Shown: in pieces, positions 18,666 to 27,720 of the stretch | How the letters are laid out: each line of letters starts with the position of its first letter | Numbering within the stretch: position 1 is the stretch's first letter | NCBI GenBank assembly: GCA_964573995.1 | Contig: CAZNLH010000002.1 | Location: 97,324 to 161,323 of the forward strand | Direction: 5' to 3' | Source: an uncultured Gemmatimonadota bacterium | GTDB taxonomy: Bacteria; Gemmatimonadota; CAZMKB01; CAZNLH01 | DNA length: 64,000 bases | Notes under the pieces: generated by a model | The model's database searches: none | What the model was told of the DNA's origin: nothing | The model's input: the letters and a program-made list of their open reading frames with translations, nothing else | Translations under genes and position numbers: made by a program

Positions 18666-20447
18666 TCACGAGCGGGTGTCGTGAGATCTATTCGGGCCAG
18701 GTAGGACACCTCCCCGGAGGGAGGGATCAGGGGCAGTGAACCACTCGAGTTCTATATCTGGAAAGATCTCGTCTCGACCCGAGTGTGTTTCGAGGTAGGC
18801 CATATCCTCCCGTCCGGGTGTCTTTCCACTGGATACCTTTTCAGCGATGTCGCACAGCCGATTGAAGGCCTCCAGGTGTTCGAGAAACCTGGCCTCCGCG
18901 TAGTCTGGAGCCCCCTTGGTGCTTATAAGGAACTGCCAGTCGGAGGATTGCAGCAGGAGGAGTTGAATGGCCGCACCCTTCAGGAGTTTGATCGTCATCG
19001 CGTCCGTGTTGCCAAGGTTTCGTTTCGCAAGATCGATCATCCTGTCCTCGGCGGGGTAGATATGACGCCAGGTCCACTCGGTGTCTTCGTTGAGCCAGAT
19101 GAAGTGGTACCCGCCTTCTCCCCAGGAGCCCTCGGGGAGATGAATGACCTCATTCGGGTGGTGGGCCTCGAGGTATTCGCTGCAGGTGATGGCCGTGACG
19201 TCTGGATCTTGATGGATACGCCTTATAACTGCCTCGATCCAGTCTATCCCCTCGAACCACCAGTGCCCGAAGAGTTCGGTGTCGTAGGGTGAGACGACGA
19301 TTGGCGGGGATTGTTCTCCCACTGGCGACTGCAAGATTTCCCGGCGGACCAGGTCGGCAAAGTGGGAGGCGTTCTCCTGGTATCGCTCCCGGACCTTGTC
19401 CGGGCGGTAAAGGGCCTTGTTGGCGAGATCGCAACCGCTGTCCGTCACGCGCCAGTACCGCAGGCCCCCCGGGAAGTGCTTCTTGTGAAAATCGAGGTAC
19501 CAGCCGTCGCCGGGGTAGCCGTGTTCTCCGCTCCAGACCTGCAGTGAGGTCGTCGGGTCGCGAGTGAAGGCCGCCACTGGCGGCTTGTCTTCGCCCGAAG
19601 AGTCGACGAGATACACGCGGTGGCAATCACCGACGAACTCAGAACGTTCGAATTGCCTGTACTCCTTACGGTATTGTTCCAGGAGGCGCCTGAGGGCGTG
19701 GAACCGATCCGCATATGTCCCGATCGCCTTGCCACCGTGGAGCAGGTGCGAGTCTATGAAGAAATAACTGAAGCCCTCATCCGCCAGGAACTCCTCAGTC
19801 CCCCTTCGTAGTTCCGCATTCGCCGGCATCCCCTTCAGGGGGAACTTCCAGCGATACCTCGGCCTGTAGGCGCACTCCGGCATCCAGAAACCTGACGGCT
19901 GGAATCCGAGGAGCCGCGTGCACGCCCTCTTGGCCGTTTTGACCTGGGCCGATATTGAGATGTCTCTTCCGAGCAGCGGCAGGTAAGCGTGAGTGGCGGC
20001 GGACGTGATCAACTCTATCTGTCCATCCCGGTGCAACTCCGAGAAGGCATTTACTATATCTTCCTTGATCTCCCCGCGGTAGAAGGCGCCCAACCCAGAG
20101 TAGTGATTTGTCCAGAACCTTGCCAGGTCGGCCATAGCAGGTTGCCCGCTCCGTTCAAACTCTGCCAGGTCGGCGTTGGCGATGTCGATTCGCTCGTCAA
20201 TATAGTGGGGGAGCGCCTCCCGCAGGTGACCCGATGCGAGTTGTTCGAGTAGAACGGGGGTCAAACCCACAGTGATGGAGGGGCGGATTCCCTCGGAGGA
20301 TAGCCTCCTCAGGGTCTGAAGGAGGGGGAGGTAACTCTCGCATGTCGCCTCCAGGAGCCAGTCCATCCCGTGTGGCCACTGGCCGTGCCTGAGGACGAAG
20401 GGTATATGTGAATGGAGTACCAGGGAGAAGCATCCGCGCATGGTCAC
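18666..20447 (-). CDS. GH57 1,4-alpha-glucan branching enzyme (DUF1957 family)
   Basis: LVLHSHIPFV, ESYLPLL, SAATHAYLPL, FWMPECAY (nucleophile Glu), PYDTELFGHWWFEG (acid/base Asp), LLQSSDWQF. Confidence 0.93.
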   Translation of the reverse strand: MTMRGCFSLVLHSHIPFVLRHGQWPHGMDWLLEATCESYLPLLQTLRRLSSEGIRPSITVGLTPVLLEQLASGHLREALPHYIDERIDIANADLAEFERSGQPAMADLARFWTNHYSGLGAFYRGEIKEDIVNAFSELHRDGQIELITSAATHAYLPLLGRDISISAQVKTAKRACTRLLGFQPSGFWMPECAYRPRYRWKFPLKGMPANAELRRGTEEFLADEGFSYFFIDSHLLHGGKAIGTYADRFHALRRLLEQYRKEYRQFERSEFVGDCHRVYLVDSSGEDKPPVAAFTRDPTTSLQVWSGEHGYPGDGWYLDFHKKHFPGGLRYWRVTDSGCDLANKALYRPDKVRERYQENASHFADLVRREILQSPVGEQSPPIVVSPYDTELFGHWWFEGIDWIEAVIRRIHQDPDVTAITCSEYLEAHHPNEVIHLPEGSWGEGGYHFIWLNEDTEWTWRHIYPAEDRMIDLAKRNLGNTDAMTIKLLKGAAIQLLLLQSSDWQFLISTKGAPDYAEARFLEHLEAFNRLCDIAEKVSSGKTPGREDMAYLETHSGRDEIFPDIELEWFTAPDPSLRGGVLPGPNRSHDTRS

Positions 20448-20767
20448 TTGTCATTTTCATGGTTGGGTGGCATCTCTCTGTGGAATCCGATATTCTTTTC
20501 ACCCTTCCGATAGGTCGGGATCGTGCCGAACTGGCCTTCATACTTTGCTATATTGTCTCCGAGGGCCTTGTGAAACGACTTGAGATTCTGGGGGGTCATG
20601 ATGATCCTGGCCTGTATCTTTGACTTGGGAAGCCCCGGCATCAGCCGGGCAAAATCGATGATGAACTCAGAGGGGGAATGGGTGATCATCGCCATGTTGG
20701 CATAGATCCCCTCTGCTTCCTTCTCCCCCAACTCGACATTGATGCGGCGCTGATCTTTTCTCTCCAT
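20444..20767 (-). CDS. DUF3467 family protein
   Basis: INVELGEKEAEGIYAN, HSPSEFIIDFAR, ARIIMTPQNLKSF. Confidence 0.85.
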   Translation of the reverse strand: MERKDQRRINVELGEKEAEGIYANMAMITHSPSEFIIDFARLMPGLPKSKIQARIIMTPQNLKSFHKALGDNIAKYEGQFGTIPTYRKGEKNIGFHREMPPNHENDK

Positions 20768-20806
20768 AACGGATCTCCCTTCTATTGATCTCAGGCATCA
20801 CCGTAT

Positions 20807-20835
20807 ACCATAACCAGGGGGCTCGCAGGTGTCAA
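20807..20835 (-). promoter_or_regulatory. sigma70-type promoter of DUF3467-GH57
   Basis: Minus strand TTGACA (20835-20830), 17 nt, TATGGT (20812-20807). Confidence 0.65.
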
Positions 20836-20918
20836 GAAGGCATGTTAGGGGGTTGCTCAAAGAGTGGATGATGATCATGGCATTTCTGAATTGGCTTGAT
20901 ACCAGACGAAACAACTCA

Positions 20919-20947
20919 TTGACATTTCACAAGGTGTGTGATAGTAT
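20919..20947 (+). promoter_or_regulatory. sigma70 promoter with an operator-like palindrome in the spacer
   Basis: TTGACA (20919-20924), 17 nt, TGn-TAGTAT (20942-20947); spacer carries the inverted repeat TCACA-N5-TGTGA (20927-20941). Confidence 0.7.
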
Positions 20948-21321
20948 AACCGGTTGTCTGTTCGATTTGCCCCAATATGAAGTGACCAGATAGTGGGGTC
21001 TTACCTGTAAATGAAAGGAGAAATTTAGGAAGGTCCTTACGGTCAGGAAGGCGCCGGGGGACATGTAGATGTTTTTCCAACTCACCCCCACGGTGGTATT
21101 ATCCCATGTATGGATCATACCGTCCATCGAGCGTGGATCGCATGGGGAGAGGGGGTCCAGAATGGGGAAGTTCACCCATATCAACGACATCGACAAGGCG
21201 ACTGTCTTGGCCATGGAGAAGTCCGAGGTGAATATCCGGGCCCTGAGCATGGGGACGGAGAGATTTCTGAAAAGGGGCCGACGATCTGAATCGCCTGATC
21301 GCCGGCCGTGGGATTTGTGCA

Positions 21322-22293
21322 TTGAAGAAGGTATCGATCAACATCCTGAATTTCAACGATCGTAAGTACCTCGAAAAAACACTCCCGCTCATCCTCGCTC
21401 AGACATACCCGAACTACGAAGTCGTCCTTACTGACAATGCCTCCACCGATGGTTCGGTCGAGTACGTCCGCGAGCATTTCCCCGGGGTCCGGATCCTTCA
21501 GAACGAGAAGAATCTCGGGTACGCTGGAGGACACAATCGCGGAATCTCCGCGACCGACGGGGAGTATGTGATGCTCCTCAACACAGACATCTTCCTGACG
21601 CCCGATTTCCTCGAACATAAGGTGAAGGCGCTGGAATACTCCGATGAGGTGGGCTCGGCGGAGGGCAAACTCCTCCAGATCAACCCTGACGAGGATGGAT
21701 TTCCAGATTACAAGATCTTCGACTCGACGGGACTCGCCCTCAACCGGATGAGGAAGAACTCCGACCGTGGATATGGCATAGAGGATGTGGGACAATATGA
21801 CCACGAGGAGTTCGTATTCGGCCCCTCGGGTGCCACACCGCTCTACCGGCGGGAAATGCTGGAGGATGTCCGGATCGACGGGGAGTATTTCGATTCGACT
21901 TTCTTTATCTACCGGGAGGAGGTCGACCTTGCCTGGAGGGCGCAAATCCAGGGGTGGAAATGCAGGTACACCCCCAAGGCGGTCGCCTACCATGTACGTG
22001 GCTATTCGCCGAAGAGCCGAAAGAGCATGCCCGAGTACCTTCGCCAACTCCAGTTCCGGAACCGGTATCTCATGCTGGTGAAGAACGAATCGGTCCGGAA
22101 CCTGCTGTTTGACCTTCCTTACATCCTCCTGTACGAGATCTTGCAGTTCGGCTATGTCCTGACGCGTGAACCGCACCTGCTCAAGGCCTATCGACAGTTC
22201 TTTGAACTCTGCCCGGAGGCCCGGAGGAAGCGCAGGATAATAGCCTCGCGTAAACGGGTCAGCGACGCCTATCTTAGACAGTGGTTCAGGTGA
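21322..22293 (+). CDS. GT2 family glycosyltransferase (rhamnosyltransferase-like)
   Basis: VVLTDNASTDGSVEYV, NLGYAGGHNRG, LLNTD, FFIYREEVDLAWR, AVAYH. Confidence 0.9.
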   Translation: MKKVSINILNFNDRKYLEKTLPLILAQTYPNYEVVLTDNASTDGSVEYVREHFPGVRILQNEKNLGYAGGHNRGISATDGEYVMLLNTDIFLTPDFLEHKVKALEYSDEVGSAEGKLLQINPDEDGFPDYKIFDSTGLALNRMRKNSDRGYGIEDVGQYDHEEFVFGPSGATPLYRREMLEDVRIDGEYFDSTFFIYREEVDLAWRAQIQGWKCRYTPKAVAYHVRGYSPKSRKSMPEYLRQLQFRNRYLMLVKNESVRNLLFDLPYILLYEILQFGYVLTREPHLLKAYRQFFELCPEARRKRRIIASRKRVSDAYLRQWFR

Positions 22294-22300
22294 TTGCCCG

Positions 22301-22751
22301 ATGAAGATTAGTTGGCAGATGGTCTCGACGATGTTGTTGGCCTGGCTTGCTCCAGCGGGCATATGCCCGGCTCAGACGGCCCGCCCGGTATATTCAATAG
22401 GCTGGAGCCCTGAAATACTCTACCGCTCGGTTCCGTCCACTCATCGCAGGTACCCCGTATCCCTAGACTGGAAGCATCCCCTGCCCTTGGTTCGATAGGC
22501 GCTCAGTCGGAACACCCGGGCGGGACGATCTCTGTCTCCTCTGGAGGAGGCGTATTCGATGTCCTGGACCGGGTTTGACGGTTCCGTATGAGTTCGGGGT
22601 CGATGGACGGACCATGTGGGGTGGGGGATGTACTGGTCATCGGAGACGGTCCGCCGGACGAGATTGTGACGATCGACCGGGACACGACTATCGTAGGTGA
22701 TATCTGCATCCTGAACCGGGGGAACCTCGCATCGATGGGGCGGAGTTCACC
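22301..22751 (+). pseudogene. Disrupted 5' part of the secreted FlgD-domain protein
   Basis: Signal-peptide ORF 22301-22498 ends in TAG. Fragment 22588-22730 (DVLVIGDGPPDEIVTIDRDTTIVGDICILNRG) joins the 22752 ORF through a 1-nt frameshift at ~22701-22730. Confidence 0.6.
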
Positions 22752-24095
22752 TTGTTCGGGGACATTACGATCCAGCAAGGCGGCAGGATGCAGGTCAGTG
22801 GTGGAGGCTTTCGCGTGCCGGAGGAGTGGCGCCTTCAATTTCGATGCCTGGTGATGGACAGCGCCCGATTCGAGATTGATGACTCAGAGGTCTTCTTCAA
22901 TGGACAGAACTGGAGTCTGACTTGCGCAGGGAAGGCTACGGCCCGTGTCTCCCGCTGCACGTTCCCTTCCGGTATCATCACCGGTCTCTTCCTGGAGGGA
23001 TCGAGTATGGAGGTATCAAACTGTACGAGGCCGGGTGAGTTCATCCCTATGGATAGTTCGAGCATAGCAATCTCGGACTGTGACAGCGTAATCGCCTGGA
23101 TTGACTTTCCAGAATCGTCCGGCGGGACCTTCGAGGCGCCGTCAGGAGACACGCTCATCGCCCACTGGGAGTTCCCTTCGCAATCGGTTACGGCGATCGA
23201 TTACAGTGTTGATATCGACAGCACGTCGAATGTGCTTACCGGGCTCCTCTGCTCGGAGGAGACCGCCCTTACGGTTGAAAACTCGGACATTGTCGCGAGC
23301 GGGATCATATTCTGGAGAGGGGGCACCGATACCATCCGTGTCGAGGGGCTGATCGGCGACACCTATTACGCGGATTACACCCTCGACCTGCCGGATCACG
23401 AACTCAGGCTCGTCAACACGCATGTGGGGGCGTGGAATTATTATCCGTTCGATGCGACGCTCCTGAGGCTCGATAACGACATCTTCGGGGAGATCATGAC
23501 CTCCGACTCTTCCCGGACAGATATTTACAACTCGATCTGTGATGGGACCGGTGGGCACGTCATGACCGAGATAAAGTCGGAACTGGTAGCCGCTTTCACA
23601 TCAATACCGACCCAGGTCATCGCACGTAACCGGCCCCTGATGCTCTTCTTGGGGACGAGTTTTCCTTCCTCCAGCGTGACGGCCGACGGATCAGCGGTGA
23701 TTATGTTCCTCAACAGCGTTCCCGTCATGCGGCCCACTGTGCGGGATACGGCCCTAACGATAGAGTTGTTCATAGGCCTCCCATCCGCTCCTACGGTCGA
23801 TTCGGAAGTCCCGGTGACCGGAACCGCCCTGATGGCCAATGCGCCCGACCCCTTCAATCCGAGCACCGATATTCGCTTCACCCTCGAGATTGATGAGCCG
23901 GTCACCCTGTCGGTTTACGACCTGAGGGGGCACAAGGTACGGACACTGGTTGACATTGAGATGTCGAGAGGTAATTTCGACGTCAATTGGGACGGAACGG
24001 ACAATCGGGGAATCCCTCTCCCGTCCGGTGTCTACCTCTACCGCCTCGATGCCGGGGGCGAGCGCCTTACCCGCAAGATGATGTTGGTAAGGTAG
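22752..24095 (+). CDS. Beta-helix-like protein with FlgD-Ig/T9SS type-A-like C-terminal domain (3' part of a split gene)
   Basis: Ser/Thr/Asp-rich short-strand repeats; CTD NAPDPFNPSTDIRFTL..LSVYDLRGHKVRTLV..WDGTDNRGIPLPSGVYLYRL..LTRKMMLVR. Confidence 0.75.
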   Translation: MFGDITIQQGGRMQVSGGGFRVPEEWRLQFRCLVMDSARFEIDDSEVFFNGQNWSLTCAGKATARVSRCTFPSGIITGLFLEGSSMEVSNCTRPGEFIPMDSSSIAISDCDSVIAWIDFPESSGGTFEAPSGDTLIAHWEFPSQSVTAIDYSVDIDSTSNVLTGLLCSEETALTVENSDIVASGIIFWRGGTDTIRVEGLIGDTYYADYTLDLPDHELRLVNTHVGAWNYYPFDATLLRLDNDIFGEIMTSDSSRTDIYNSICDGTGGHVMTEIKSELVAAFTSIPTQVIARNRPLMLFLGTSFPSSSVTADGSAVIMFLNSVPVMRPTVRDTALTIELFIGLPSAPTVDSEVPVTGTALMANAPDPFNPSTDIRFTLEIDEPVTLSVYDLRGHKVRTLVDIEMSRGNFDVNWDGTDNRGIPLPSGVYLYRLDAGGERLTRKMMLVR

Positions 24096-24205
24096 GTGCC
24101 GGGACTCAACAACTACCCCTTTGCGGTGGCCTCGACTCCAAATCGCCCCAGGTAATGGGAACATACGCGGCCGAGCACCGGAGGAGACGAACCGATTGAA
24201 GGGAG

Positions 24206-24234
24206 TTGACGGAACGGGCGGCTCCTGTTATTGT
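24206..24234 (+). promoter_or_regulatory. Probable valS promoter
   Basis: TTGACG (24206-24211), 17 nt, TATTGT (24229-24234). Confidence 0.5.
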
Positions 24235-24290
24235 AAAATGCACGATATCCATTGTTTCACGGTCGATAACGGGAGTAGGGATTTGAGGAT

Positions 24291-26954
24291 ATGAAGGGGC
24301 CGGAACTTTCCAAGACATACGATGCGTCGGCGGTGGAAGAGGCGATCTACCGCTGGTGGGAGGAGAACGGCTTCTTCGTCCCCTCCGGTGACAATGGCAG
24401 GGAGCCTTATACTATCATGATGCCCCCGCCTAACGTGACCGGAGTCCTCCACATGGGTCATGCCTTTAACATCACCTACCAGGATATCCTGATCAGGTGG
24501 AAGCGAATGCAGTCCTATCGGACCCTGTGGGTCCCTGGTTCCGACCATGCGGGCATCGCCACGCAGAATGTCGTAGAGAGGGCTCTGGATAGAGAGGGCC
24601 TGACGCGTGATGAACTTGGCAGGAAGAAGTTCATCGAGAAGGTCTGGCAGTGGAAAGAGGAGCATGGCAACAGGATAGCCTTGCAACTACGCCGGTTGGG
24701 TGCCTCTTGCGATTGGAACCGCGAGAGGTTCACGATGGACGGTGGGCTCTCCCGGGCGGTTCGCAAGGCGTTCGTTCACCTGTTCGGGAGGGGGCTGATA
24801 TACCGCGGGGAATACATCATCAACTGGTGCCCGAGGTGTACTACGGCCCTCTCCGATGAGGAGGTGGAGCACAGGGAGGTCGAGGGCAGGCTCTACTATA
24901 TCCGCTACCCGGTGAAGGGTGAGGACCGGCTGATAGTTGTTGCTACCACCCGTCCTGAGACGATGCTGGGAGATACTGCCGTCGCCATACACCCTGAAGA
25001 CGAGCGTTACAGGGACCTGAGGGGTAAGCACGTGATACTCCCGATCATGGAGCGCGACTTGCCCGTGATAGAGGACTCTCACGTCGACCCCGAGATGGGG
25101 ACCGGGATCGTAAAGATCACGCCGGCCCATGATCCCGAAGACTTCGAGATGGGACGGCGTCACGACCTGCCGATGGTAAACATCCTGAACCCGGACGGGT
25201 GCCTGAACGAGAGCGCCGGTCCATTTGCCGGCATGAATATTCTTGAGGCCAGGAAACGCGTATTGGAGAGGCTTCAGGCAGGGTCACTCGTTGAGAGGGT
25301 GGAGCCTCATACCCACATGGTTGGCCATTGCTACCGTTGCGGGACCATCGTGGAGCCATATGTCTCCACCCAGTGGTTTGTCAGGATGAAGCCGCTGGCC
25401 GAGCCGGCACTCGAGGCGTTCAGGCGGGGAGAATATCGCTTTCACCCGGAGAGGTGGACAAAGGTCTATCTCGATTGGATGGAGAATATCCGGGATTGGT
25501 GCATATCACGGCAGATCTGGTGGGGACACCGGATACCCGTGTGGTACTGCGAGGATTGCGGAGGATTGACCGTTCGGGGCGAGGACCCGTCCCAGTGCTC
25601 CCATTGCAGTTCCACGTCCATTGGGCAGGATGAGGACGTCCTGGACACCTGGTTTTCCTCCTGGCTCTGGCCATTTTCCACGCTTGGATGGCCGGACGGG
25701 GGTGATGACCTCCGCACCTTCTACCCGACGAACACACTCGTCACCGCCCCGGAGATAATCTTTTTCTGGGTGGCACGCATGATCATGGCTGGGATCGAAT
25801 TCATGGGCGAGGTCCCCTTCCATGACATCTACATACACGGGACCATCCGCGATGACACGGGCCGCAAGATGTCCAAGTCCCTGCAGAATACGATAGATCC
25901 CCTCGACGTGATCGCCGAGTTTGGTACGGACTCGCTGAGGTACAGCCTGGTCAGCATTGCCTCTGAGGGACAGGATGTCTACCTGGCCCCGGAGAAGTTT
26001 CACGTGGGCCGCAACCTGACAAACAAGATCTGGAACGCGGCTCGGTTGCTGCTCCTCAACATGGGCGATCCGAGGCGGCTGGGGCCTGGACTACCGGAGC
26101 GTGACCTGATGACGCTGGCCGATCGCTGGATCCTGTCCCGTTACAAGGGTACCGTCGAGGTTGTAACGGATTCGCTCGAAGGGTTTCGTTTCAACGAGGC
26201 GGCGTCGGCGCTCTATGACTTCTTCTGGCACGACTATTGTGACGCATATATCGAACTGACGAAATCGAGGTTAGTATGCGATTCGGGGCAACCCGGCCTG
26301 GACAAGGAGACGGCCTGCCAGGTCTCGAGGTATGTATTCGAGGGGGTGCTCAGGCTCTTTCATCCATTCATCCCGTTTATCACGGAGGAACTCTGGAGGA
26401 GATTCGCCGGTGATGGTCCCACCATAATGAAGGAACGATGGCCGGCAATTGGGGCGGACCTGCTGGATCCGGAGGCCGAAGAAGAAATGGCTTATCTGAG
26501 GGGTATCATCCACAGGTGCCTGATGCTGAAGGGGGATTACGGGGTGAAAATCAGCAGGAAGGCCGCCGCTCATTTTCTCGAAGGGGACGGGGAAAAAAGA
26601 GAGGTTCTCAAGGCCCACGCGGATTATATCAATCGCTTGGCCGGCATCGATCCTGTCAACGTTCACTCGGCTTATTCCCCTCCACGGCAGGTGGCGCGCT
26701 CTGTCTTCGAGTCGACCGAGGTATTCATCCCGCTCGAGGGCCTGATCGATGTCGATAAGGAGATAAAGCGGTTGAGGAGGGAGATCGATCGGATCCAGGG
26801 CCAGTTGGATCGCCTTGATCGCAGGTTGAGCAATGGTGATTTTCTGGAGAAGGCGCCCGATGACGTCGTGCGGCGGGAGAAGTCTAAGCAGGCAGATTTC
26901 AGGGAAATGCTGGGGAAATTGGAGGGAAACCTTCATGCGCTTCACGGGAGGTGA
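24291..26954 (+). CDS. valS: Valine--tRNA ligase
   Basis: PPPNVTGVLHMGHA (HIGH), VATTRPETMLGDTAVA, DWCISRQIWWGHRIP, KMSKS, C-terminal coiled coil. Confidence 0.99.
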   Translation: MKGPELSKTYDASAVEEAIYRWWEENGFFVPSGDNGREPYTIMMPPPNVTGVLHMGHAFNITYQDILIRWKRMQSYRTLWVPGSDHAGIATQNVVERALDREGLTRDELGRKKFIEKVWQWKEEHGNRIALQLRRLGASCDWNRERFTMDGGLSRAVRKAFVHLFGRGLIYRGEYIINWCPRCTTALSDEEVEHREVEGRLYYIRYPVKGEDRLIVVATTRPETMLGDTAVAIHPEDERYRDLRGKHVILPIMERDLPVIEDSHVDPEMGTGIVKITPAHDPEDFEMGRRHDLPMVNILNPDGCLNESAGPFAGMNILEARKRVLERLQAGSLVERVEPHTHMVGHCYRCGTIVEPYVSTQWFVRMKPLAEPALEAFRRGEYRFHPERWTKVYLDWMENIRDWCISRQIWWGHRIPVWYCEDCGGLTVRGEDPSQCSHCSSTSIGQDEDVLDTWFSSWLWPFSTLGWPDGGDDLRTFYPTNTLVTAPEIIFFWVARMIMAGIEFMGEVPFHDIYIHGTIRDDTGRKMSKSLQNTIDPLDVIAEFGTDSLRYSLVSIASEGQDVYLAPEKFHVGRNLTNKIWNAARLLLLNMGDPRRLGPGLPERDLMTLADRWILSRYKGTVEVVTDSLEGFRFNEAASALYDFFWHDYCDAYIELTKSRLVCDSGQPGLDKETACQVSRYVFEGVLRLFHPFIPFITEELWRRFAGDGPTIMKERWPAIGADLLDPEAEEEMAYLRGIIHRCLMLKGDYGVKISRKAAAHFLEGDGEKREVLKAHADYINRLAGIDPVNVHSAYSPPRQVARSVFESTEVFIPLEGLIDVDKEIKRLRREIDRIQGQLDRLDRRLSNGDFLEKAPDDVVRREKSKQADFREMLGKLEGNLHALHGR

Positions 26955-27720
26955 TGGGCCGGCGATCCGTTGTCATGACAAGGATCCAGGCCGGATCTTC
27001 CCCCTATTTCTATTCCACCTGATACCCCTGGGACTCCTTATCATGAGTTGTGGAAACCGTGTGCCGCCTCCGGGGGGCCCCGTGGATGATGTCCCGCCCC
27101 GTGTTGTATCGATCCGTCCCGACAGCAACGATGTGGGTGTAGACCCCCATGCCCCCGTCCGGGTGGACTTTGATGAAGAGATAACGATCCCCACCGGCCA
27201 TAGGGGGATCCTCATCACGCCCTACCTTCCCGGTCTCCGGGTGAAACGCGGATGGGATAATATTGAAATCAGGCCTGACAGGGGGTGGAAGAGGCAATGC
27301 ACGTACTGTGTTCATCTGAGCAGTGACATCGTGGACCTCCGCGGGAATTCGTTCGATGGGCCGTTGAATTTCTGTTTCAGCACAGGAGATTCGATCTATC
27401 GGGGCGTCATACGTGGAAGGGTCGACCTGAGCGGGAATAGTCCCGGAATGATCGAAGTGGGGGCGGTACACCTGCCTGATACGCTGCGCTATCGAACGAC
27501 TGTCGATTCGACGGGCATGTTCACCTTGGGACACATCCCACGCGGTTCGTACCATATCTTTGCCTACATCGATGCAGATGGAGATAATCGTTACGACCCG
27601 GCGAAGGAGATCGGGGATGAAAAATATGTCCGGGTTGCGGGCAAGCCGGTGGAAGTGGAATTCTTGTTGCCAGTCCCCGCCGGGAGTCCCAAGTTGGAAG
27701 GAAACGGAGCGCATCAGTGA
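26935..27720 (+). CDS. Lipoprotein with bacterial Ig-like (Big_5) domain
   Basis: Lipobox LIMSC followed by PPPGGPVDDVPP; VDFDE, DIVDLRGN, FSTG, Y.IFAYIDADGDNRYD. Start uncertain (ORF track 26833). Confidence 0.75.
   Translation: MRFTGGDGPAIRCHDKDPGRIFPLFLFHLIPLGLLIMSCGNRVPPPGGPVDDVPPRVVSIRPDSNDVGVDPHAPVRVDFDEEITIPTGHRGILITPYLPGLRVKRGWDNIEIRPDRGWKRQCTYCVHLSSDIVDLRGNSFDGPLNFCFSTGDSIYRGVIRGRVDLSGNSPGMIEVGAVHLPDTLRYRTTVDSTGMFTLGHIPRGSYHIFAYIDADGDNRYDPAKEIGDEKYVRVAGKPVEVEFLLPVPAGSPKLEGNGAHQ

Noticed and set aside
20990-21025. Moco riboswitch-like 3' end (…AAAGGAG) upstream of the moaC-like relic
   Set aside because: There is no 5' CTCC partner or other conserved Moco-RNA motif.
21181-22362. Long antisense ORF (393 aa); similar ones at 42338-43672, 48591-49832, 56510-57511, 9709-10641 and 11876-12970
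   Set aside because: They overlap well-supported genes on the opposite strand, have no recognisable motifs, and are expected from GC-rich codon bias.
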